64,000 nt of DNA. Origin: Isurus oxyrinchus (Eukaryota). Below, in pieces: positions 23,681 through 34,083 of the stretch. The notes under the pieces are model-generated. The model saw only the letters and a list, made by a program, of their open reading frames with translations. It was not told the DNA's origin and did no database searches. Made by a program: the position numbers and the translations under genes. The DNA is taken from contig JANJGN010000025.1 of NCBI GenBank assembly GCA_026770705.1, forward strand, positions 11,594,001 to 11,658,000, given 5' to 3'. Positions within the stretch are counted from its first letter, which is position 1. Each line of letters begins with the position of its first letter.

Positions 23681-26600
23681 CATTTTGGAAAGGATTGGCT
23701 TCACCCATTTCCTGACATGAGCATGAATGGATAATTTCCTTTCACCAACTGGTGCCATTCATAGAAGAAATTGGAGTTCTCCATGTTTTCCCTCCAAAAA
23801 AAGTGACCATTTTCAAAGCATTGTGGATATGGGTCATGCCAACCCATTATCGTCATCAGAAAGGTCTCTGTTTATTATATTGGGATAGCTTTCCCAGTCA
23901 GTCTAGCATTGCTTGGAAGTACCTGGACTCTCAGAATCACAGAATTGTTATGATGCAGAAGGAGCTGGACCCTGTTTCTGTGATAAGATAATTGATTTAA
24001 ACCTCAGAGACTGTTCTCTGGACCTGACCTCCTTTAGCCCATTTACTTTTTTAGACCTTTGCTCCTGTTTTGAAATTTATTTTGATCTTTCCTTTGTTCA
24101 CTTTATCTACCTCATGCTTGTCCTTTCATTTTGCCTGGCTCATAAAAAAGATCTCTTGCATCCTTGGCGTCATAACTCTCCATTCTTTCTTTTGTCGCAC
24201 TTTAACCTGCAGCCTATCCTCCATCCACTTGAGAAATGGTCTTAATTGTTTCCCCAAAGTATTGGTAAAGGAAGCATGATATTATAGTGCTTGTAAATGT
24301 TGTGTTGTAGTAGTTTTACTTATTGAATAAGTTTGTCCCATAAAAAGTCTGGTTTAAAGGAGGCATTACTCTAGACTAGGAGCAGATTAATCATCAAAGC
24401 AGCCTTGAAATTTGAGACCATCTGATTTAGTGCGTGAATGTTTCTCTGGCAGTGTTGTATTATCAGTTCCATTGGTGTGGCAGTGTTGCACTAAAGTTCA
24501 AAAGAATTCTCTTGTAGATGTGCGCTCCCTTGTAAATGTGCCTTTGAATTCAAATGACTTGGTTAATCCTCTTTTCATCAGAATCCATTACCTTGCAATC
24601 ATTATTTCTCAATATAACTCCTGAATCACAAGTATAAGTGATACACTTTAGCTTGTTATAGTTTGAAAGTGATGCTTACCTGGCTTTTCCCATTGTTATA
24701 TCTTTAAAATTTCTGTAATGTAGCCAACATCACTGCTCTTTCATGGGGGAATTGACCACTCCTAGTAAAGTGAAACACTGCAATAGCACTTGGCAAGAAC
24801 CCACTTATCCCCTGTTATAAATTCAAAAGTTATTAATTGGCAGAAGGATTAGAGGAAATTCAACATTTTTTTCACCCAGAGGGTGTTGGGGTCTGGAACT
24901 TGCTGCCTGAAAGAACAGTAGAGGCAGAAGCTGTCATTGCATTTGAAAAAAATACTTGGCTATGCATTGGACCTAGAGCTGAAAAGTCAAATTCAGCTGA
25001 ATAGCTTTGAGTGGTCGGTACAGGCACGATGGGCTGAATGGCCTCTGTTGTAAATGTTCTATTTCTATTAACTTGTGTAAATGTATATTCCTTTACATTC
25101 TTGCACACTTACCACACTATGAATTATCCATTATAAGTTAACAAGATGACTGACCATAAAGTCAGATAAATTTGCAGCACAGAAAGGAGCTATTCATCCC
25201 ATTGTGCCTGTGTTTATTCTTTGGCAAAACGAATCTAAAACTCATTTCATCACCCTGCTGTCTCTTCATAGCTTTGTACTGTATCTATCTTTGCTAATTA
25301 TTCAATTCTTCCTAAAAACGAACAATGGTCTTTTGCCTTGACGACTTCCTGTGATAGCGCATTTCATGTTCCATGTTGTTTAATGATGTATTCTTGATAT
25401 TAAATTCATGTCCACTCACCACAAACTCCCAAAAAGTGATTATTTTAATTAATTCCACCAAAGCTCATAATTTTAAAAACCTCTCATCTTCTGTCATCAT
25501 TTCTCCAGTGGAACTTGTCCCATTGTCTCGAGTCTTTCTCATAAATGTAGTTTCCCATCCCTGTTTCCTGAAAGCTCTTTGGATATAATGCCCTTTTGTG
25601 AATTGGCCAGAAACCTTGTGCTAAGTAGCCTAACATGTACGTAAATACACCAGTGCTTTCATTTTGTACCCGCTTCTGCTATTTAAAATATCTTGCACTT
25701 CAGGCCGATTACTATATTGTATTTCAATAGAAAGCCCTTATGTTTAATCTAGTGTTGTACTGGATTTCAAACAAGTACATTTTGTAGCTATGAAAAGAAT
25801 AAATGGGAAATTAAATAAGAAATGAAGTGAATCATATTATGGGCGGGATTAGGGAGAAGCACGAGACCAAAGGTCTATTTGGTTTGCACCAGGTCTCTGA
25901 AAGAGCTACCACTAAGATCTATTTGCCAGTCTTTTCTCCATGCCCTTATAAAGTGCAAGACTTCAGTGGTTAAATAAGGAGGTGCAAATAACCCAAGGTC
26001 TAAGTAGAAGCATGGTAAAAGATGCATAAAGAAACTTAACTAATTTTGAGTTGGGAATCATTATTTCAATTGTTTAAAATAACTAAAAGGAATGAGAGAA
26101 ATAAAGAAAATTGAGGTGAATCAATAATTGGTAGCAAGAAAAATCAAGACTGATACATTAGTTATGTATAAAGGCCAGATAGATTCTCCTTTAAAATATA
26201 AAACAGTAGAATTATAAGGGGTGAGGAAATGGAACTTTTGTTAAATGAATTCTTATGAATTCTTTGTTCAATATTGATTGATTTTCAGGTGCAGACTTTT
26301 AAAAAATATATATAATCGGCCTCTTTTCAGTATGTGATAGTCATGGAGGAATCATAGTTGAAACCACTATAATCTTGGGGTTCAAATAATGACAGTTGTT
26401 GAGGCAGAATAATTGCTATTCCTGGGGGTAGCCTTGACAATAATAATTAGTCATCCCGATTATGTGTTGCACAGCCTGGAATGCAGTCAGCAGCTGTGGC
26501 TTAAGTACCTTTTTACCCTCTCCAGCAGTCTTCCAATAATCTGCGATCACTTCAAATGAAAATGGTTGGTTTCATAGGAATTGGCAAAGGCAGTAGCAAG

Positions 26601-28244
26601 TGGTTTGGCACTCTGATTAACTGTGGGATTTCTCATTTAGGTTTGTCAACCTTTTGCTTCAGTACTGCAAAAAATACTGGATCATTTTACTGCAAGGAGA
26701 CCTTACTGGTTTAAAAATCTGTAGAATTTTTAAAAAATTGTAGAAAAGGTTAGAAATAGGCATAAAGGAATGTTCTGAATTCAGTTTTTGAATGGATTAA
26801 AGAACAAAGATCATTGCACATGAACAGATGAAATTGTAAAAGGACAAATATATTTCATATGTCATTCATTTTCTGAGAATTATTTAAGGCGCACTGAACC
26901 ACTGATTTGTTAGTTAATTTTATTGGAGCATCGGTATATAGCTCTGCAGAGCAATAAGAATGGATTCACGTCCATGACTTTCAACTCCCGATTTCCTGAT
27001 GCCTGCAGTACTGGTGTTGGGGAGCACAAAGAAGGCTACGTTTGCATAAAAGAAAGGTGGGAGAATCTAGCTGAATACCTTTTGCTTGTGGTATTCTTCC
27101 CATATGTATGTACCACCTCATGTACAGTAGCATTGGCACAGCTCTGAGGGGCTGTTTTCTATCTGTGTTTTAGATTGGGCTGAAAAAAAAGTAAACTGAA
27201 GGGAAATCTTCTGTCTCTTGCTTTTCCTCTTTTCTCTCCCCACCAAAAAATACATACATGGAATGCTATATTTGTTGAGCAAATTTGCCCAGTACAGATA
27301 AAATTCACCTCAGTTTGCAATCAGCAATAGTGTGGGAAATGTACCAGTATGTGGACTGGGGCTGTTGGATAGTAAATTTCTGATGGATTAAGGTTTTGGC
27401 AGAGTACATTGGACCCATAGTAAATCTTGCAATGTATTTTTCAATCAGAAGTTACCTATTTCTAAACTCTGACATGGTCATTGAGATGTGAACATGTCAC
27501 TTTAGTAATACTGTATCCATCAAACTTATGGATAATAGAATTGAAATGTGAAGAGCTCTGGCTTGTTTGAATTCTTTTGCTCAGCTATTGGTGAATTGCT
27601 GAACAGTTGAGGCTAAAAATGTTACAGTATATGTTTATATTATTTGTATGCTATATCATAGACTTTACAGAGACTATCGGTTTAAGTTAAGATGGAGTTC
27701 AAATCTGATTGTTTAGTTTGAATGCTGTTTTTCTTTTCGGAAGTAACACACAAAGATAATTGTGGTTTCCATAATATGTTTAAAACATTGCATCATAATA
27801 TGATATATGATCACTCCACATTTTTCTGGAAATGTGGCTATCTTCAATGAAAAATGGTTTTGTGTTCTCAATTCATAGTGTTGCTCTGACATGAAATTTA
27901 AATACCGTTAAATATATACTTATTGAGATGTCTGGAATAACTTGAGGTAAAAAAAATCATCTGAGGTGTGGTGTGTTGACTTCACCATATAAGGTAAGGA
28001 GTTCAAATATTTGAGTATTATGAAAATAAATGGCTGATGTTTTGGATCCGTTGATTGCAAACACAAAAATGTTAGGTTCAATCAGAATAGAAAATATCTT
28101 TGCCTTGAACTACCAAGGAAATATAGAACTTATCCCTCATGCAGTATGACGTCAGATAGACGTTGCCAGTATAGTGTAAATAAGTGTTCTGCTCCTGCAA
28201 TGCCAATTTCATATCAACACCAAGATTTTCTCTTTCTTAAAAAG

Positions 28245-28390
28245 AAACCTTTCAACTGAGGACATTCACATGTGGAGACCACCAGTATATGACCAAGATG
28301 GCACCAGCCTTGTCTTTGACCTGTTTGGACATAAAGGAAGTGGACTATCGAATGCTTTGCCACTTGGCAAATGATAGACTGATCCAATAA
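28245..28390 (+). CDS. CTC1: CTC1 last coding exon (ETFQLRTFTCGDHQYMTKMAPALSLTCLDIKEVDYRMLCHLANDRLIQ*)
   Basis: Pyrimidine tract and aaAG acceptor; phase 1 matches the 14530 donor; TAA at 28388-28390. Resembles human [35 protein letters not shown]. Confidence 0.9.
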
Positions 28391-28622
28391 CATAGTTATT
28401 GGAATTTATTAACTATGCAACTATAGACCAAGAAATAATCCCTCAAGTGAATCAAGAGAATTGACTTTGTTGATGTTTACAAAAGCATTGCAAGCTGTGA
28501 AAATAATTGATGCACAACCGCCTGTTGAGAAAAACACCTTTTAATCAAGTTGATTTAAATTGACTAGTTTAACTATATGCCACTACAATTCCGTATTTTA
28601 AATTGCTACTTATATTAAAAAA

Positions 28623-28736
28623 AATAAACTTCATTGTCTTAAAATAGTTGGAGCAATTCAGATTGTAAAATACTTATTTTGCTTCAGTATCATCCTTTGA
28701 CCTCCATATTCATGTATAATTTATTTTGAAAATAAA
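28623..28736 (+). terminator. Probable CTC1 polyadenylation signals (AATAAA at 28623 and 28731)
   Basis: Two canonical hexamers about 230 and 340 nt after the stop codon. T/GT-rich sequence follows the second. Confidence 0.6.
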
Positions 28737-31087
28737 CTTACTTTTTTTCAACATTAATTGGTTGTATACTTTGTTCTTGTTGCGTTAAATTACTTAACCT
28801 CAAAAACATTTTTCACAGAACTGGTGCAAAAGAAAGTATTGGGTGTGGAATAGCCAATAATTTATTTGTGTATCTCAGCATCCCAAGGACAAGCCTAGTG
28901 ACTGAGGATGATAATACGCAATACTTAATCATGACCATTTTGATAATATTTGGTCAATGATGATTCTACAGAGCTCATTGTAATCAAAAAAATTGGTTTA
29001 CTTTTACAATGTATGTTATTTTGCCTACCCACAACCTTTTTGGTGGCCAGTTCCTATATTAGAGCAACTAAAAGTTTTATCCCCAAGTCTTGATAGTAAA
29101 GCCACCATAGAACATACCTTCTGAGGAAATGAAACTGTACAAGAACAGTTCAGGAATATTGCTGTTTATATAGAGTTCAGTAGGTCATTAAGTACTGAAG
29201 TTGAATTTTGTTGGATTAACCTACTGTAACAACCATAACAGTTCCTGACATCCAGAATTATATGATTTTGATTCTCTCTTCTCTGTTTGAATGTGACTTG
29301 GACATAGCTATAATTTTCAATTGTCAGTCTTGGATCAATTCAAGCTATTTTTACTCCCTGGTAGATTTGCGACTTCTAAGTGTCTATAGGATATATCCTG
29401 GAAAATGTTGAGAACAAAATGTGAATCTGTGCTAGTTTTTAAAAAAAAATCCTATACGTAGAATAGTAAAATACCTTTGGTATTCTTAAGGGCTATGCTG
29501 CTTACTTTTCACTTATGAAATTTTGGATGTGTAGTAATCAGAAGGGAAGATGATTTGATTCATTTTTCATGTGAATTGGCTTGTGCAGTGAAGTGCTTGT
29601 GGGCTTGTGCAGTACTGTGCATGGTTGTATTTACCCCATAGTAATATGCAGTGTGGCAATTATTAGCTTCCTAATGGAAGAAATATGTATTGGAGAGAAA
29701 CAATATTGTTTACATTTTGGATGAGATGTCATCTTTTAATGGGGAAAACCATTCTGTTCTGATATGGCTTTAGGAATCTATGCATAGACAACAATACCCC
29801 AAAATCTTACTAAGGTATTTTATAGGATTTTTAAAAATTAAATTCTGCCACTTTGAGGTCTATTGTCACAAATTAGTGAGGCATCAACCTGTGGCATTTT
29901 GTTGAGACTTATGCACTGTAGCAATGCTACAAAAGTGTAACCAACTGATTTATAGTATACAGCCCGAGAAAAGCATACTATCTGTACAATCCTGAACAGC
30001 TTAGAACTGTCCGTTTGGGGTAAAAGGTACTGCCTTTCATCATGGTTGTGGCAGGTTTGAAATTTTGAGGATTACTGGTTTTGAACAAGTAATGTGTTCA
30101 GAGGTCACAAAGTTAACTGTTATAATATGGAAGTAATATTGCACAGATGCTGGCTTACCCAGGTTTTTGCAATCCCAGTTATAATATAACAGCCAAAAAC
30201 AATAACCCTGATCAAACTGTTTACATCAGACCAAATTAATACTGAAAATGAGTGTCTTTAGGGAATACTTCATCACTCATACTGCAGAGCAGGGGAGTCA
30301 GATTTGTTCAAAAACCCTTGAAAAAGTATGTAGCAGAATATTATAAAAGGGAAAGAGAAGATTGAAGCTAAGAATGTGTTGACCATTAATTTCTCCAAAG
30401 TAGGATTTAGATTTGTATGGTTGTTTTTCACAACTTTGGGATGTTCCAAAATGTTTGACAGCCAATTAAGTACCTTTTTTGAAGCGTTCTCATTGTAATG
30501 GAGAAACATGTAACTTGTGCAGGGACTGGTAGCCTATCTTGCTGGAATGTTGTTCAACTTTGAGTTGAGTAATGAGTTGAAAATTGTCTGCGATGGTGGT
30601 TGACGTGGTGGATTTGAATGAATTGTTAAAAAAGCTGACTATATTCAGTGCAACAGCCTTTGTTCTTTGACCAGGTTGTCTTGGTGCACACGTTTACCAT
30701 TTGGGGATTCTACATGATTCTGGTCTCTAAAAGAAAATGTCATAAGATTTGCTGTTACCTCCAAGCAGAGCTATTGTAAATGACACAATGTATATGCTTA
30801 GAATCTCTACATTGGAAGAAAATGAAAACATTGTGTCTGCCCAATCTTGACTTCTGGATTTACTTATGCTGATGGTGTTTTTAATATGTTGAGAAATGGC
30901 TTTTGTTCTTGTTTGTAAATAACTTGTTGCCAATTGTGAATTTGTATAAAACTACTTGACTATATGCATAGGAAAATATTTGTATCACAACAATGCATGG
31001 TTTTTACTTGTATTGCTAGAACATGTTACATTTCTCATGAATAGTTGACCAAAATCATCTTGGACATTGTTCACCAATTTTCAACAG

Positions 31088-32180
31088 TCACCACATGGAG
31101 GATGCTCTTCATGGGAGGATGATTGATAATTTATATAATAGGAGACTTTGAAGAAAATGGGAAACTGTTGTCCCTTTAGCTCTTGTTTGTGAAAAAATTG
31201 TCTAGAAGATGGAAATATAATCATTTGGTTGCAGCTAAATTGAAATCTTGATGACCATGAGGATTGTTTGCAGTGTTCAAATCATTCAAATTAGGATTCA
31301 TGTGATGGAAATGATGGTGACTTGCACTGCTAATTCCATGTAAATTACAAAATGAGTGGTCAGTCCTTTAACATCCATCATTACAAGCTATCCCAACAAA
31401 CTTCATAATTATAAATGTTGGATGAACAAAACCTCTAATGGTCTTCATGAAGATTAAGGATGAGCTGATACATTGCTACCTCATTGAAACTGAAACTTGG
31501 CAGCATTGAGCTGCTGTGCCATCCAAATGGGACATCTGCAACAATGGGTACCTCTTTTGAGGCATCCATGGTAGCAAGTGGATGGCATCTATTTCTTGTC
31601 CTACTCTTGCCCATTGCTTTTTCTTACCTATGCATTTATGGCATCCATCATATTTACTCATAAAAGAGTAATCTTCCTATGAGCCAGTTCTGCAAACCTT
31701 TCTAGGGTACATCTTCAGCTGGCATGAAGAAAAATGGGTTAGTTGCTTTATGCCAATCAAACAAGTTGCACCATGTGGACCATGAAATGTCATTGAGAAA
31801 GCAATTGCAGTTAAAACTTGAGTTGTTGAGATTTTTCTGTGACTATGCAGGTCGGAGATTTGCTTTAACACTGGCACCCAGTGCCCAACCTATCCATTGG
31901 GTACAGGCATGGGGGTCTTGAACTCTTTTGGATTCAATAATGGACAATTCATAAGGTTGTTTTTGCTTCAAACTCTGGCATTTATATTCAAGCCTTGGGC
32001 TTAAGAAACTTCCAAGAAAAGCAGAAACTTTGAAAAATGGCCATTTTGTTTTGTTTTGGGGGTGGGAGAACAGAGAAAAGGACCTTCTAAGGGTTGTGCT
32101 GCTCAAAAGAAAATGGAAGACAACCAAAATCTGGACTAGATTATTTCTAAAATACTCCTTGATAGTAAAATGGAGAATAT
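31088..32180 (+). ncRNA. Putative CHASERR-like terminal-exon segment (ATGG-rich) upstream of CHD2
   Basis: Acceptor-like ttttcaacAG at 31087. 18 ATGG counted in 31095-32173, including AAGATGG at 31206 and AAATGGA at 32111 and 32168. Lies directly upstream of CHD2. Transcription is not shown by the sequence. Confidence 0.35.
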
Positions 32181-32389
32181 TTAGCCATAGATTATAAATA
32201 GTTGAAGAAATGACTAATCATTCAGAAGGAGGTGGCTCATGTGACCAGACCATTAATCAAAGTGGAGTTGCCCCCCCCCATATTTAAATTCCATCCCCCC
32301 CCATATATAATGAAGAAAATATCCTTGTAAGTCCACTTCCGGCCACAGGAGGAAGTATTTTTTATCCATGGATGCATTTAATTGTTGAA

Positions 32390-32630
32390 AGGGGAGGGGG
32401 GAAGAGAGAAAAGGAGACATAACAAAGAATAGGGAGGGAGGCCAAAATTGGAAATGGGCGAGAGAGAGAGGGGTGGGGGCATGAAAGAGAGAGGGGGAAA
32501 GGGAGGAGGCATGAGAGAGAGAGGGAAGGGGGGGCATGAAAGAGAGAGGGAAGGGGTGGCATGAGAGAGAGAGGGGGGGGCATGAGAGAGAGAGGGGGGG
32601 GGCATGAGAGAGAGGGGGAGGTTGGGGGGT
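32390..32630 (+). repeat. Polypurine minisatellite, six copies of GCATGA(A/G)AGAGAG..GGG
   Basis: Units begin at about 32479, 32509, 32534, 32559, 32580 and 32602. Confidence 0.85.
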
Positions 32631-32749
32631 GCAAAGGGGCTAACTGTTCCAAGAGCAAGCCTACCTTTAAGCCCATTTCTCTCTCTCCCTCTTCCTCCTC
32701 CCCCCCCCCCCCCCCCCCCCCTTCTCTTCCACCCTCCCCCTCTCTGTTG

Positions 32750-33060
32750 TGTGGCAGGGGTGGGTCTTTCACTTGGTCCATCACCTGAGTCCGGGGAAAA
32801 TGTTGCAATTATTTCGCAGCGTCGTTGCTGTCAATCAAAGGGAGGGAAGGGAGCCTCAGAGCTGAGAAGAAGCTCCTATGGCGGCGGCGGCTGGGCGAGA
32901 TTCACGGCACTTCCAGTACACCTAATGCAACTTTTCGCAACTTCACCCGCGTCGCTCCAGCCAGACTGCGCCCCAACCCAGCGCAAAACTCCCGGCAGAG
33001 GCGTCCCTCCCGAGCGGGGCGCACAGAACACCCACCCCCCTTTACACCCCCCCTCCTCCT
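32750..33060 (+). promoter_or_regulatory. CHD2 promoter / CpG-rich region, TSS about 32855-32860, YY1-type ATGGCGGC at 32878
   Basis: CpG density rises sharply from about 32800 to 34100. CTCAGAGCTGAGAAGAAGCTCCTATGGCGGC resembles the recalled start of mammalian CHD2 exon 1. Confidence 0.7.
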
Positions 33061-33546
33061 CCCCCTCCTCCTCCCCAGGCCGCTTTTCCACACCCCCCCA
33101 CCCCCATTTATATATTTTTCCCCCTCATTTTTTTTTGGGGGGGGGGAGGGGGGGGGGGTTTAAAAAAAATCTTTTTTTTTCCCAGCCAGCGGACCGATCC
33201 CAGATGTCGTTGTTTTTGAGCTTTGCGGACATGGCGCACCTCCATTTTTGAACGACTTTTTTGTGTGTGTGTGTGTGTGTGTGTTTGTTTTTTTTTCTCT
33301 CTCTGTCTCATAACGCGTGGACCACCGATCAAAAGAAACGAGAGAGAGAGAGAGCGGGGGGGGTGGTGGTGGTGGTGGTGGAAAAAAAAAGAGAGATGAA
33401 AAATTGCAGCTTTTTGAGACTGACTTGATTCTCAGGCGAGGGTTTGAAGAGCAGCGAAAAGGAGGAATCGCTTTCGGTTTAGCGAAGTTTGGTCGACGGG
33501 GAGCGGTGACTGTGAAGCCCGGAGCCTCGCGGATCTTATGGAACAG
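32858..33546 (+). other. CHD2: CHD2 exon 1 (mostly 5' UTR; last 9 nt are ATG GAA CAG)
   Basis: Strong donor CAG|GTatgt at 33547. The 5' end is approximate. Confidence 0.65.
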
Positions 33547-34021
33547 GTATGTTTACAATCAGTGCTTAACCTCTCGTTACACCGGTTTTTTTTTTTAAAG
33601 CTTTTTTAAAAAAAAATGTAAGATATTTAGTGTGAAATTAGGATAGTCTGAGATGACGTAATTAAAATTGGACTTGTGTTCTGTGACTATTTTTAGAGAG
33701 AAAAACAAAGCTTTGTTCTAAGTTTTGGTGTCACGGTTTCTGTTCTCCTCTTAATCTTTTTTTGAAAAAAAAAATATATATATACGTGTGTGTGTGTGTT
33801 GTGTGTGTTTTCTGTAGACCTTGTCGGAGGCCGACAATGGTATTGAGTGCTTGAACAATGTCGATGCTGCGTCAGGGCTTTCCAACTCGACCAGCCAGCA
33901 GCTGACTCCAGCGGACCGCCTGCCTTCCAGCAACTTTGACAGGGCAAATCTGCACTTGGGAACCCCACATCCACGTGCACCCGAGAACAAAACCGAGCCC
34001 CGAACCTTCCCTGATCCCAAA

Positions 34022-34083
34022 ATGATGTCTAACGAGGATAAAACCCCCGAAGACGACGGATCAGACCGCAGCAATGCTTCCAG
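34022..34083 (+). CDS. CHD2: CHD2 exon 2 coding part (MMSNEDKTPEDDGSDRSNAS-S); exon probably begins at 33818
   Basis: aaaATGATG start and CAG|GTac donor; 62 coding nt. Resembles human [21 protein letters not shown]. Confidence 0.9.

Noticed and set aside
26923-27147. Exon-like GC-richer stretch with donor-like AAG|GTGGGA
   Set aside because: No convincing acceptor and no homology.
31851-31921. tatgcAG|GTCGGAGATTT... as a CTC1 coding exon
   Set aside because: Weak pyrimidine tract and no CTC1 similarity.
32253-33332. Several long overlapping ORFs (up to 215 aa) rich in Pro, Gly and Ser
   Set aside because: They arise from low-complexity G/C-rich promoter repeats and show no protein-like motif. 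Only the post-TSS parts are kept, as uORFs.
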